Shown in pieces: positions 1-10,329 of a DNA stretch of 64,000 bases; positions within the stretch are counted from its first letter, which is position 1, and each line of letters begins with the position of its first letter. The position numbers and the translations under genes are program-made. The DNA comes from an uncultured delta proteobacterium. GTDB lineage: Bacteria > Desulfobacterota > Binatia > UBA9968. Below the pieces are notes generated by a model that saw only the letters and a program-made list of their open reading frames with translations, was not told where the DNA came from and searched no databases. The stretch is taken from contig CAVSLC010000023.1 in NCBI GenBank assembly GCA_963728565.1, forward strand, positions 64,001 through 128,000. Direction: 5' to 3'.

Positions 1-485
1 GGAGACTTATTCGCCTTTTGTAGGCGGTGTAATTCAGCCACTCGGTGTTGCTTTCGACCTGATGCCTCTCGGTCGAAAGATGTCCGAGAGTCTTCTCGAC
101 CTCCAGACGCCGGCTTCTCAAGCGGGCTGCGTAAGTCGGCTCAATATTGCTCTGCATCGCAGCGGTCTCCTTCCGTTAGAAGAGAATTCCGTTAAGACAT
201 TAATCAGATATCATCTGTATGTTGGATTCAGGGGAAGCCTACGGCTGCCTGGGTCAGGAATAAGGCACACAACTGCGACGATTGGCGAAGTAAAAACCGC
301 AAAAAAGATGCCATAAGTGGCCGACTTGTTGGCTCTTATGCTGCTTGGCTTTTGCAGATCCGGCAGTGCCGGGCTGTCCTGGATATGAGAATAATCTCTT
401 AATATTTTCTCAAAGCTGATACATCGCTCCGATTTCACGGCAATGACTCCGCATGGAACTAGGGTCTACCACCAAGGGAGGAACT

Positions 486-1388
486 ATGTTTAGCCGAATG
501 CTGATTCCGTTGGACGGCTCAAAGACGGCCGAGGACGTGCTGCCCTACGCGCGGCGACTCGCGGCTGGTGCCCGCGTTACGGTCGAATTGCTCGGTGTAG
601 TTGAAATGGCTGACATTGCCGAAGACATTGCCTCCAGCCAAGCTGCATATGCAGGAGCGCTGATTAGAGAAGCTGTACGGAACAGCACGGAGTACCTCGA
701 AAAGTTAGCGCAATCGTTTCACAACGGGAAGGTACGTTGTCGCGTGGAACAAGGCCGGCCCGAGGATATTATCATTGCGGCCGCGTCCGCGGACAGGGGC
801 ACCTTGATTGCCATGGCCACTCATGGCCGTTCGGGTGTGACTCGCTGGCTGCTGGGCAGTGTCACTGAAAAAGTTTTGCGCGGCACGGTCAATCCGCTTC
901 TGGTGGTGCGTGCGCCTGGAAATTCGAAGACCGAAGGCGAAGCAGCATTGCGTTCGGTTATCGTGCCCCTTGATGGTTCGGACGTAGCCGAAACCATTCT
1001 TTCGCCTGTTGCGGCTTTGGCCAAGGCTCTGGATCTGCAGGTCCTTCTGATGCGAGTTTACGGGCTGCCGCTGCCGACATACGGCGGAGATGATTACTTC
1101 GTGCCTGACTATCTTGAACTCAAGGATCAGATAAGAGACGAAGCTCAGGACTATTTGAACTCCAGAGCTAGTTTGTTACGGGCACAAGGAGTTGTGGAAG
1201 TTTCTACAGTAGTAGCCGAAGGGTCAGCCGCGGATGCGATTATCAACCTGGCGCGCAAGACACCGGACAATCTGGTCGCCATGTCTCCTTACGGCCGTTC
1301 AGGATTACAGCGCTGGGTGCTGGGCAGCGTCACTGAAAAGGTCGTGCGACATTGTCAAGATCCGGTGTTGATAGTGCGCGGATCATAG
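486..1388 (+). CDS. Universal stress protein, tandem USP domains
   Basis: Two repeats of the USP pattern ([IV]PLDGS ... M[AS]xxGRSGxxRWxLGSVTEKVxR). ATG at 486 follows the RBS AAGGGAGGA (ORF track starts at 453). Confidence 0.93.
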   Translation: MFSRMLIPLDGSKTAEDVLPYARRLAAGARVTVELLGVVEMADIAEDIASSQAAYAGALIREAVRNSTEYLEKLAQSFHNGKVRCRVEQGRPEDIIIAAASADRGTLIAMATHGRSGVTRWLLGSVTEKVLRGTVNPLLVVRAPGNSKTEGEAALRSVIVPLDGSDVAETILSPVAALAKALDLQVLLMRVYGLPLPTYGGDDYFVPDYLELKDQIRDEAQDYLNSRASLLRAQGVVEVSTVVAEGSAADAIINLARKTPDNLVAMSPYGRSGLQRWVLGSVTEKVVRHCQDPVLIVRGS

Positions 1389-1523
1389 CTGAATTTAGAC
1401 TTTGATCCCGGATGCTGGGCTTTCACGCCGCCGGATCGGACCTTACTATATTGATTTTTCGTATCCACCCTAGTTGCTTCAACGCTCCCCGGTTGTTACA
1501 CGTACAAAGAGGAGGACTCAACT

Positions 1524-1835
1524 ATGATACGGAATCTAAAATCAATTGCGGTTGTGATCGTGCTGCTCGGATTTCTCGGAGGGTGTCAGGCGATGACCGG
1601 CCGGACAGCCGGCGAGAATGTCGATGACGCGACCATCACCACAACGGTGAAGGCTCGCTTGGCGCAAGATAAGCTCGGTACGTTGACCCGTGTCGATGTC
1701 GATACCACCAGCGGTGTGGTTTCGCTAAATGGAGTCGTTAAGACGCCGCAGGACAGATCCCGCGCGGAAGAGGTAGCGCGCGGCGTTGGCGGCGTAAAAA
1801 AAGTAACCAACAATCTCCAGGTTCAGAAGAGTTAA
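1524..1835 (+). CDS. BON-domain lipoprotein (OsmY-like)
   Basis: Lipobox-like LGGC after a hydrophobic stretch; BON pattern DDATITTTVKARL...VDVDT..GVVSLNG.V...A..VGGVKKV.N.L; RBS GAGGAGG. Confidence 0.9.
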   Translation: MIRNLKSIAVVIVLLGFLGGCQAMTGRTAGENVDDATITTTVKARLAQDKLGTLTRVDVDTTSGVVSLNGVVKTPQDRSRAEEVARGVGGVKKVTNNLQVQKS

Positions 1836-1860
1836 CAGCCGGAGGATGCCAGTGATTGCT

Positions 1861-1897
1861 ATGCGGCCTCGCGTGAGTTAGTCGCGCGGGGCCGCAT
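1861..1897. terminator. Hairpin between convergent genes, likely bidirectional terminator
   Basis: ATGCGGCCTCGCG ... CGCGGGGCCGCAT inverted repeat (13 bp, one G-U pair). Confidence 0.55.
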
Positions 1898-1963
1898 CTG
1901 CGGAGATGCCCTGTCCGCGCATTCCGCTACCAGCCGTATCGGTGCCGGGCTATCTGCTGCCCA

Positions 1964-2950
1964 TCATTTGTACACCGAATCAATAAAGCCGTTCTTTTCG
2001 AGTTCGTCCACGATAGACATATCGACAAAGTTTTCCGGTTTGGGCAGCGGTGTCTTGCCTTTGAACTGAAACTCAATCAAAAACTGAACGGCCTTGGGGG
2101 AGGGGCGTGGGACTTTTTGAATCGTCGGCGCATAATCCTGCCAAGTGCCTTCCAAAAGATCATCTTCAGTAATCTTGCCGTACTTTCCTAGAACGCGTTT
2201 GCTAAATTCCTTGTCGCTACGATAGCGGTGTGCGCCGCGTATGTAAGCCCGGATAAAGCGGGTGGCAGTATCACGATGCTGCGCAATATAAGACCGGGTG
2301 GTGATGACCCCGCCGTTGACGTCTTCCACTCCAAGGTCACCGAAGTTAATCAATTCGCGCATTCCCAGTTGGGCTGCTTTCGCGTAAAGCGGATAGCTTA
2401 AGGCCGCCACTTGCACCGCGCCGCTTTGTAATGCGGCAAACGCCTCCGGCTGGGCGCCCAACGATAGAATCGCCACATCTTTATTTGGCTCTAAATTGAA
2501 TTTCTGCAGCGCTATGCGAACCACCTGATCCGACGTTGATCCGAACGTGGTGATGCCGGCTCTTTTCCCTTTTAGGTCTGAAGGCTGCTTGATATCCGGT
2601 CGGGCCATCAAACGAAACGGCGATACGTTCCCCGTAGCGGCGATAATAACGACATCGCTTCCGGCGGCCGTGGCGGCGATTGCCGCAGCAGCACCGGCTT
2701 GAATGATCGGCGCGCTTCCTCCCAACATCGCTGCCACCATCCTGGTGCTGCCTCCGACCCGAATGAGTTCGACGTCAAGTCCCTCGGCGGAAAAATAGCC
2801 GGCCTCTTTGGCGATCCAGGGCGTCGCCCAGGTGCCACCAAAGCTAGGATATAGAACCCGCATCGACGTCGACGCGGCAAAAACTGGTCTGTCAGGCGTT
2901 AGCAGAAAAGCAGCCAGTAATCCGATTATAAAAACGACTTTCGTTAGCAT
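1964..2950 (-). CDS. ABC transporter substrate-binding protein, NMT1/THI5/SsuA-like
   Basis: Signal peptide, then WIAKEAGYF..EGLDVEL and DLKGKRAGITTFGS; ATG at 2950 preceded by AGGAG. Confidence 0.88.
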   Translation of the reverse strand: MLTKVVFIIGLLAAFLLTPDRPVFAASTSMRVLYPSFGGTWATPWIAKEAGYFSAEGLDVELIRVGGSTRMVAAMLGGSAPIIQAGAAAAIAATAAGSDVVIIAATGNVSPFRLMARPDIKQPSDLKGKRAGITTFGSTSDQVVRIALQKFNLEPNKDVAILSLGAQPEAFAALQSGAVQVAALSYPLYAKAAQLGMRELINFGDLGVEDVNGGVITTRSYIAQHRDTATRFIRAYIRGAHRYRSDKEFSKRVLGKYGKITEDDLLEGTWQDYAPTIQKVPRPSPKAVQFLIEFQFKGKTPLPKPENFVDMSIVDELEKNGFIDSVYK

Positions 2951-3441
2951 AGTGATTTTATCTCCTGAAAAAGGTGGGTTGTTGGTTGTTCGAATTGTAA
3001 GCATAAAGTTTACTCGACGTGTTTGCTATTTTCGGTCGTCGACAGCGACGATTTAACAGCTCGGCGGGAACTAATGCAAACTCTCCGTGTGGTTCTTCTG
3101 ATGTCGGATAATCGCTGGATGAGGCAAATACCAGTTTGCTGAAATCGCCCCTGGTGACATTCCAGTAAAGGGTCACTTGCCTGTCGGAATTTTGGCTGCT
3201 TTGAAGAGTCAGATGACCGCAAAATTCAGCAGCTTAAGCGGCAAACCGTTGCCTTAAGATGATGAAATTAATGAAACTCTCAGAGCGATTTTTCGCCGGA
3301 GAGGTTTCAAATTGTTTGCAACCGAATCTGGAGTTGCGCGAGATCTCCGGTATACTTGCAGTAGTGTCTACACGGCGGACTTCTGCTCGACGACACCGCC
3401 GTAAACCCCAGCACAACTTTTTCAACAAAGGGACCTACTGA

Positions 3442-4578
3442 ATGTCAGAACCTGATACAGCGCGCATCCATCAACTTCTTAGTCTTCTGGCCCAGCAGTC
3501 GAAAGAGCACGCTTTTGTGCTTTTAGATGCGGATGCGCACGTTCTGTGGTGGAGCCCGGGAGCCGGGATATATCTTCGACCGCAGCTCAAACGAGATGGT
3601 AGGCCAGTCTCTTGGAATTCTGTTTACCCCGGAAGATAGGGAGAGGGGAATTCCCGATCAGGAAATCCGAACTAGCGGTCAATTTCGGCAAAGCGGAAGA
3701 TGATCGATGGCAGATTGCGTCGAGACGGCTCTCGATTTTGGGCGACCGGTATACTGATAGCCCTGCGTGATCAGAACCAGAATCTCTTAGGCTTTGGCAA
3801 GATCCTTCGCAACCGCACGGATCTGCGCGAGCAACTCGAAGCATTGCGCAACCAAGTACAGGCACTGACTGCAGCGAATCAGCGAAAGGATAACTTTTTA
3901 GCCACTTTCTCGCATGAGCTTCGTAATCCGATGGCGTCGATATGCACGGCGGTGGAACTCATCAGTAGAACAGCCTCTCGCAACCCCGATCTAGAAGGTT
4001 CGCTCAAGCTCATCGAGGAGCAGTTGGGTTTCGTCCGCCGGATGCTTGATGACTTATTGGACGTGACGCGCATCAGCACAGGCAAGGTTCGCTTAAATAT
4101 CGGACCTGTCGTGCTTCAGGAAGTTATCGAAAAGGCTGTGGAGTCGGCGCGGCCCAAGGTTGACGAACGCCGTCAGAGAATCCAGGTAATCGGGCCGTGG
4201 TCCGCGATCGTGCTGCGAGGCGATCGTGATCGATTGCAGCAGGTCTTCTTGAATCTATTGAGTAATGCGGTCAAGTACACTCCGGAGCACGGCGCTATCT
4301 CTATCAAGGTGACCACCGAGGCCGACGAGGCCGTGGTCCGGATCACGGACACCGGAGTGGGAATTCCTCACGATATGTTGCCGCGAATATTCGATCTATT
4401 CACGCAGGTGGAAACCCAGCTTTCGCATGGCGGACTCGGCATCGGCTTGGCCTTGGTCAAAGACTTTGTAGCGCTCCACGGTGGTTCGGTCCAGGTTCGC
4501 AGCGAGGGCGTTGGTAAAGGCAGCGAGTTTATGGTGCGACTCCCGCTCCAAGTTCAGCCCACAAACGCCGACCTGTGA
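3442..4578 (+). CDS. PAS-domain sensor histidine kinase (frameshifted near 3560-3720)
   Basis: N-terminal PAS across frames (AFVLLDADAHVLWWSPGA...LFTPEDRERGIP...RRDGSRFWA), H-box FSHELRNP, N-box QVFLNLLSNAVKYT, DTGVGI and GLGIGL boxes. Confidence 0.85.
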
Positions 4579-4642
4579 AGATCCTGAATATTCTTGTGAG
4601 ATAATCACCGCGAATCTGGGTTCAACTCTTCGCGCGGAGGGC

Positions 4643-5535
4643 ATGATGAAATTGGGACTTCAGATACCGTCTTTTACTTGGCCGGCGGGGACATCGGGCT
4701 TTAGCATCGACTCTGGCTCGCGTCGGTCAAGCAGCGGAGGAAGCCGGATTTGCAAGTCTCTGGGTGATGGATCATTTTTTTCAGATCGAGATGATCGGTA
4801 AACCCGAAGAACCAATGTTGGAAGGCTACAGCGCGCTTAACTTTCTGGCCGCCGTGACCAAGCAAATCCGCCTTGGGACACTCGTTAGCGGGGTGATTTA
4901 CCGTCACCCCGGCATTCTCGTCAAAACCGTAACATCTCTCGATGTTCTATCCGGAGGCCGGGCTTACTTCGGCATCGGGGCCGGCTGGTATGAACGCGAG
5001 GCTATCGGCCTTGGCGTTCCCTTTCCGCCGTCTGAAGGAGCGCTTCGAGCGTTTAGAGGAAACCCTCCAGATCGCTCTGCAGATGTGGTCAGGAAAAATT
5101 GGGCCCTATAGCGGCAAGCACTATCGACTGGCCGAGACGCTTAATTCACCTCAGCCGCTATCCGAACCGCATCCACCTATTCTGATTGGCGGCGCCGGCG
5201 AGAAGAAGACCCTGCCTCTGGTGGCGAAATACGGCGATGCTTGCAATCTCTATGCGTTCGACGGTCTGGAGGTCGTTCGCGCCAAGCTCGAGGTGCTGCG
5301 AAAAAGTTGCGACGCCATCGGCCGACCTTATGACGAGATCGAGCGCACCGCCATCGGCAGGCTCGATGTCGGTGGTTCAAACAGCGTGCGCGAGGCTATA
5401 GAATACTGCCGATCCGTCAATGACGCCGGCATCGAGCACTTGATTATCAGCGTACCTAACGATCACGAGATAACGCCCATCGAACTGATCGGCAAGCAAA
5501 TCATTCCTGTGGTCGCTAACTTCGCAGCCGCGTGA
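4643..5535 (+). CDS. LLM-class (F420-dependent-type) flavin oxidoreductase, two frameshifts (~4705, ~5030)
   Basis: MKLGLQIPSFTW..., then SLWVMDHFFQI...LGTLVSGVIYRHPG...LDVLSGGRAYFGIGAGW, then ERFERLEETL...PPILIGGAGEKKTL in successive frames. Confidence 0.85.
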
Positions 5536-5747
5536 GAGAGGATACTCCGGATCAAGCAGCTTGATTTTGATTCATTTCCGATTTGCTCCGCGCGCGATCC
5601 CGCCGGGGGACATCGCTTATGAGTTCGGCCTCTTCGCCGTCCATTTCCCAGGTTAACTGCGGAATATTGGCGATCGGCGGATAGATCAGATACTGCAGTA
5701 GAATCGATTTGCTAAAGTGCGGCATCGGTTCGGATAAAAGGGCGAGT

Positions 5748-6068
5748 ATGCTGAGAACACCAGTCGGCCGGCTTCGATTGATTGGAATCGTCGAGGCCGT
5801 TTCATTCCTGCTGTTGCTGGGAATAGCGATGCCGCTAAAACATTTTGCCGAAATGCCGGAGGCGGTTCGTATTGTCGGATGGGTGCACGGAATCCTGTTT
5901 ATCGGGTTTGTCGTTGCCTTGATGCTGGCACGGGATGCCATGCGCTGGAGCTTTCGGTGGACGGGTCTCGTGCTCCTGGCGGCGTTGCTTCCGTTTGGGC
6001 CGTTTGTGATTGACGGGCGCTTGCGCAAAGAGGAGGAAGGATCGATATCTCAGTCGCCAAGCCTCTGA
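5748..6068 (+). CDS. DUF3817-like small integral membrane protein
   Basis: EAVSFLLLLGIAMPLK...GWVHGILF...ALLPFGPF pattern; three hydrophobic segments. Confidence 0.8.
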   Translation: MLRTPVGRLRLIGIVEAVSFLLLLGIAMPLKHFAEMPEAVRIVGWVHGILFIGFVVALMLARDAMRWSFRWTGLVLLAALLPFGPFVIDGRLRKEEEGSISQSPSL

Positions 6069-6127
6069 GTTCTAAGTTGAATGTCAAGAAAAGAGGTTGA
6101 GCGCGCCGCGCGCCGAGAGGGCTTAGT

Positions 6128-6595
6128 GTGAGACTCGCGTCGCCAATCATAGGTACCCTTTTGCTCTCGATGCCGTTATTCTCATGCGCAAGCGAGCGAC
6201 CCACCAGTCTTGGAGTTGAGGCGTCGCGTTTAACGTCTTGTCCTTCGTCACCCAATTGCGTTTCAAGCGATGCCGTTGATTCAACGCACTCGATTGCGGC
6301 ATTGGCACTGGCAATTCCGCCGGGTGACGCATGGCTTGCTGTCCGTGGATCTGTTGAAAGTCTTCCGCGTACCAAAATCATTGCTGCGACTGCTGATTAT
6401 ATTCACGCCGAATGCACCAGCGCGGTCTTCGGCTTTGTCGACGATCTCGAACTTCACTTGCGGATCGCTGAGGGAGTTATTGCGGTGAGGTCGGCATCAC
6501 GGCTCGGCTACAGCGATCTAGGCGTTAATCGCCGGCGGATTGAAGATTTAAGGGCACTACTGATAAGGCGGGGTATCGTAGGTCCGCTTGCCTGA
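6128..6595 (+). CDS. DUF1499-family lipoprotein
   Basis: CPSSPNCVSS, FGFVDDLE and VRSASRLGYSDLGVNRRR motifs; N-terminal lipobox-like LFSC. Confidence 0.87.
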   Translation: MRLASPIIGTLLLSMPLFSCASERPTSLGVEASRLTSCPSSPNCVSSDAVDSTHSIAALALAIPPGDAWLAVRGSVESLPRTKIIAATADYIHAECTSAVFGFVDDLELHLRIAEGVIAVRSASRLGYSDLGVNRRRIEDLRALLIRRGIVGPLA

Positions 6596-6634
6596 GGGTG
6601 AGGGCTGCGAGCATCGGCCAGGGCAAGCTGGAAT

Positions 6635-7996
6635 TTACCGGGTCATTGCCGGGCGCCGCCGTTTTCGCCTTCCGCCGACATGGGTCGTTGAGGAGCCGGC
6701 CTCAAGCTGCTTGAGCTTTTTCGCGATGAAAATCTGTTCCGACTTGATGGTGGTCAGTTCCAGGGATTTCCGGAAGTAGTCGCCGGCGGCTTTTTTATTG
6801 TTCAGATCCGCCTCAAACTCCGCCAGAACTGCATAGAGTAGATAATATGAATTCAACTCCTGCCGATTTTGAATCGACTGTAGCGCTTCGATGCCTGCCC
6901 TCGGACCGTGCAGGTTGGCGAGAGCTACGGCACGATTGAGGACGATCACGGGCGAATCATTCAGCTCAAGCAACCGGTCGTAAAGCGAAAGGATCTGCGC
7001 CCAATCGGTGGATTCGTAATCCTTGGCAGCGCAGTGGCAGGCGGCAATGCCGGCCTGCAGATGATACTCACTGACTTCGTCGCCGGCCATGGATTGCATC
7101 AGATGAAACAACCCGCGCGCGATCATCGCCTGGTCCCAGTTTGAGCGGGTCTGTTCCTGCAGTCGAAGAATGTTTCCATCCTGGTCCAGTCGCGCCTTCA
7201 ACCGTGCCCCGTTCAGTAACATCAGCGCCAGCAAGCCGTGAGTTCGGGGACGATTGCCTGCGGGATGTTCAGCCAATAAACCACCTAGGCGGATGGCTTC
7301 ATGACAGAGCGCTTCTCTGATCAGTTGGTCTCCTGTTGAAGCTTTGTAGCCTTCGTTGAAAAGCAAATAAAGCGTTTGCAGCACGCCGTCGAGCCGCTGC
7401 GCCAGCTCGTCGCCTGCCGGAATTTCAAACGGCACGCGCGCGTCGCGGATCTTGTGCTTGGCCCGGGTCAGCCGTTTGGCAATCGCCGCTTCAGATGTGA
7501 GAAATGCTCGGGCAATCTCGCCGGCGCTAAAGCCGCAAAGCGTCTTGAGCGCCAGCGCCACGTGGGCCTCTCGCGGAAGCACCGGATGGCAGCACACAAA
7601 CATCATACGAAGACGGTCATCGGTAATTTCCTTTTCACCGATTCGAGCATTCTCGGCTGTGGCCGTCGGCGATTCCTGGTCTATCAAGCGCGCGATCTCG
7701 ATTTGTTTATTGTGAAAAATCTTTTCGCGGCGGATGAGATCCAGAGCCAAGTTTTTCGCTACCTGCGTGATCCAAGCGGCGGGATTTTGCGGGATTCCGT
7801 AATAGGGCCATGTTTGCAATGCCCTGGCTAAGGTCTCCTGAACTACGTCTTCGGCCCGGTTAATATGCTCGATGCCAAAAATTCTGGTCAAGGTCGAGAT
7901 TATCTTTCCGGACTCATGCCGAAAGCAATGCTCCACCACCTGAGTAACTTCTTCAGAGCACGGCACCGGACTCTTGGTATTGGATGTCGTCTTCAT
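6635..7996 (-). CDS. ECF sigma factor with C-terminal extension (ECF42-type, DUF6596/TPR)
   Basis: Sigma region 2 (AEDVVQE, WITQVAKN), DDRLRMMFVCCHP, region 4 (GEIARAFL..EAAIAKRLTRAK), LYLLFNEGY and a TPR-like tail; lies directly downstream of a DGPF gene. Confidence 0.9.
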   Translation of the reverse strand: MKTTSNTKSPVPCSEEVTQVVEHCFRHESGKIISTLTRIFGIEHINRAEDVVQETLARALQTWPYYGIPQNPAAWITQVAKNLALDLIRREKIFHNKQIEIARLIDQESPTATAENARIGEKEITDDRLRMMFVCCHPVLPREAHVALALKTLCGFSAGEIARAFLTSEAAIAKRLTRAKHKIRDARVPFEIPAGDELAQRLDGVLQTLYLLFNEGYKASTGDQLIREALCHEAIRLGGLLAEHPAGNRPRTHGLLALMLLNGARLKARLDQDGNILRLQEQTRSNWDQAMIARGLFHLMQSMAGDEVSEYHLQAGIAACHCAAKDYESTDWAQILSLYDRLLELNDSPVIVLNRAVALANLHGPRAGIEALQSIQNRQELNSYYLLYAVLAEFEADLNNKKAAGDYFRKSLELTTIKSEQIFIAKKLKQLEAGSSTTHVGGRRKRRRPAMTR

Positions 7997-8253
7997 TAAT
8001 GAGCCATTCTGCGACCGTCGCAGGCGCGATCGGCAACGCTAGGCTTCAGCTCGACCGCCGCATTCACGGCGATCCAACAGTGAGCTCAAGCGTTAGGCCG
8101 CTTGACCGCGTCCGGGCTGAAATTTTTTTGACTCCTCCCGCCGGCTCACCGCGAACCGAAAGGATTCGGACATCGAAATTCCGAAACTTCCGCTCGTGGC
8201 GAGCCTGTGGGATTTTGTGCAACAGGCGGTGACGCGCGTTGAAAATCTGAAAA

Positions 8254-8667
8254 TCACGCGCCCGCGCGAGCCGGTTGTACCGCGCTCTGCTCCATTGGGC
8301 TTAGCGCCAATGGGCATTCAGGCGCCACTGGCCTAACTTCCACGGTGGCGCCGAAATTCAATCCTGGAAACTCCTTGGCGATCTCCGCCGCCTCTTCTAA
8401 ACTGGCGACCTCGAGCAGAAAGAATCCGGCGATGGCTTCTTTGGATTCGGCAAACGGACCATCCGCGACTGACCGGCCTTTCTTTTGTGAGACGATTTTA
8501 CCCTCGGGAAATAGGGGTTTGCCGGCTTTGGCCTTGCCCTCTGCGGTCAGGCGGTCAAGCCAGGCGTACATTTGTTTCACCACCTCCTGAATTTCCTCCG
8601 GTGACAGCCCTTTGTGCCAGTCCGTGCCGCGGAATAACAACATGCATTCGGTCGTCTGCGTGCTCAT
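8254..8667 (-). CDS. YCII-related / DGPF-domain protein
   Basis: VADGPFAESKEAIAGFFLL...VEVRPV motif; RBS AGGAGG. Confidence 0.9.
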   Translation of the reverse strand: MSTQTTECMLLFRGTDWHKGLSPEEIQEVVKQMYAWLDRLTAEGKAKAGKPLFPEGKIVSQKKGRSVADGPFAESKEAIAGFFLLEVASLEEAAEIAKEFPGLNFGATVEVRPVAPECPLALSPMEQSAVQPARAGA

Positions 8668-8700
8668 GATTTCCTCCTAGAAATGTGCTTTCATTGAGTC

Positions 8701-8727
8701 GACGAATGAGCAATGACATTCAGGACA
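8701..8727 (-). promoter_or_regulatory. Putative ECF42-type autoregulatory promoter
   Basis: Minus strand TGTCCT-N15-TTCGTC about 35 nt upstream of the DGPF start; resembles the TGTCGA / CG(A/T)C ECF42 consensus. Confidence 0.5.
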
Positions 8728-9074
8728 GGCCCGCGATGTTTTCCGTTCGATAATGCCGGCAGCATGGCGCGCCTTTCATTCATCTACTTCTTGTAAGACA
8801 AACCCTGGACCTCGAACAATTCGAAAACCGGATATAGCTGACGATCGTTACAAACCATCGAGCCTTGGAACCGGCTTCGATTGCGAAATATCTCTGGACG
8901 GTCAAGTTGAAGCGGTCCGATACTCCTTCAGGATCTGCGATTTTCATCATCTGAAAAGATCCGCATCTGGAATCTTCGGCGTTACACATTAATTACGCGA
9001 TCTGGCGCGAGGGTCAACCAAGCGGCTGAAGCTGAGTTCCGGTTAATTCGAACCTAATGTAAGGAGATTTTCTA

Positions 9075-9470
9075 ATGACGTTCATGGCTAAGCATATCAG
9101 TGTGTCCATCGAGCGCCGCGCCGCGGAGGTTTATGAATTTGCATCGAACCCTGAGAACCTCCCTCAATGGGCCGGAGGACTCGGCGGTTCCATAAAAAAG
9201 GTCGATGATGAATGGATAGCCGAGGCGCCGATGGGGACCGTGAAAGTTAAATTCGCCGAGCAAAACAAATTTGGGATTCTAGATCATAACGTGACTTTAT
9301 CGTCCGGGGCCAAATTCTATAACCCCATGCGTGTCTTCCCGAATAACGACGGCAGCGAAGTGATTTTTACGCTGTACCGCCAGGCCGGCATGTCGGATCA
9401 AAAGTTTGCCGATGACGCGGGATCTGTCGAGAGGGATCTAAACAAACTGAAGACCTTACTCGAAAAATAA
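9075..9470 (+). CDS. SRPBCC / polyketide cyclase-like protein
   Basis: HISVSIER..AEVYEFASNPENLPQWA, NPMRVFPN, C-terminal DLNKLKTLLE helix; RBS AAGGAG. Confidence 0.85.
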   Translation: MTFMAKHISVSIERRAAEVYEFASNPENLPQWAGGLGGSIKKVDDEWIAEAPMGTVKVKFAEQNKFGILDHNVTLSSGAKFYNPMRVFPNNDGSEVIFTLYRQAGMSDQKFADDAGSVERDLNKLKTLLEK

Positions 9471-9473
9471 ACT

Positions 9474-9793
9474 TCATCCAGGCTTGAATCGACCAATGGG
9501 CAAGATGAACGCACTAATGTAAGCGGGACCAACACTCAACGGCACAGATAACCTGATCCAACCGGGCCCCTTGGGCGGGGCCTGCAGTATCGTGGCGCCG
9601 CCCGATGCGATCATCGATATCTGGATGATCTGTCTGGCTTGTTCACGGCCGCCGCCGAAAGACGTGATGATGAAGACCACAAAGATCCAACCACCGAAAT
9701 CACAAATACATGCTGTAGACCGAGCAGAACGGCGCTCCCAACCGGCGGCTTATCCGTGACGCGATATACTAGGTTGGGTGGTTTCTTGACCAT
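9474..9793 (-). pseudogene. N-terminal remnant of an NCS2 xanthine/uracil permease
   Basis: MVKKPPNLVYRVTDKPP...LLGLQHVF (NCS2 GLQH motif), frameshift, then IIQISMIASGGATILQA...GPAYIS; ends after about 105 codons. Confidence 0.65.
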
Positions 9794-10288
9794 GACGCTT
9801 TAGCAGAGCCTTCGGTCTGACGAATTCGTTCCCAGTTCTGGCGCAGTAAAAATAGCAAGGCTGCTCTGATTCACCCGGTCATCTCCGATGCCAACATCAG
9901 TCGACAGCGAAATGGAACGCGCCAGTACTGACCGGCCAAAAGTCTCGATTCAGTGACCGCATGCGATAAGGCTGAGCTCAGCCCTGGGGAATAGGCCGGC
10001 TCAGAGAAACAGCCGGGGCCGTGCGTGGCGTAGCCGCCATTTACGTCTGTTGAAGCCGATGAGGCACGAGGGAAGAAGAAGCGGTGTTGTTGCCAGGCGG
10101 TGAGTGACCGAACTCGGCAATCACTTCGCCTGGCCGACTGTTCCAGCCGTTTGTGTTCACATTCCTGATCGTTTTATTACTTTGTCCCTTGACAGTTGCA
10201 CCGCCGGGCTAATATGAAACTGACAGATCGGCCGAGTGACGAGCTGACCTGTGAAGTGCTGTAGAGATCGAAACTGACCGCATAAGCT

Positions 10289-10319
10289 CAAGTAAATTAT
10301 CATCAGCAAGTAAATTATC
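10289..10319 (+). repeat. 13-bp perfect direct repeat CAAGTAAATTATC x2 upstream of the molybdoenzyme operon
   Basis: Copies at 10289-10301 and 10307-10319, just before the RBS. A TTGACA lies at 10189-10194. Confidence 0.7.
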
Positions 10320-10329
10320 GGGGGAACTG

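Noticed and set aside
1-450. ORFs 62-316 and 211-438
   Set aside because: No RBS or motif support; probably intergenic.
8780-8990. Possible sigma-factor region 4 remnant (VFELFEVQGLSYKK) on the minus strand
   Set aside because: One short segment between stops; could be chance.
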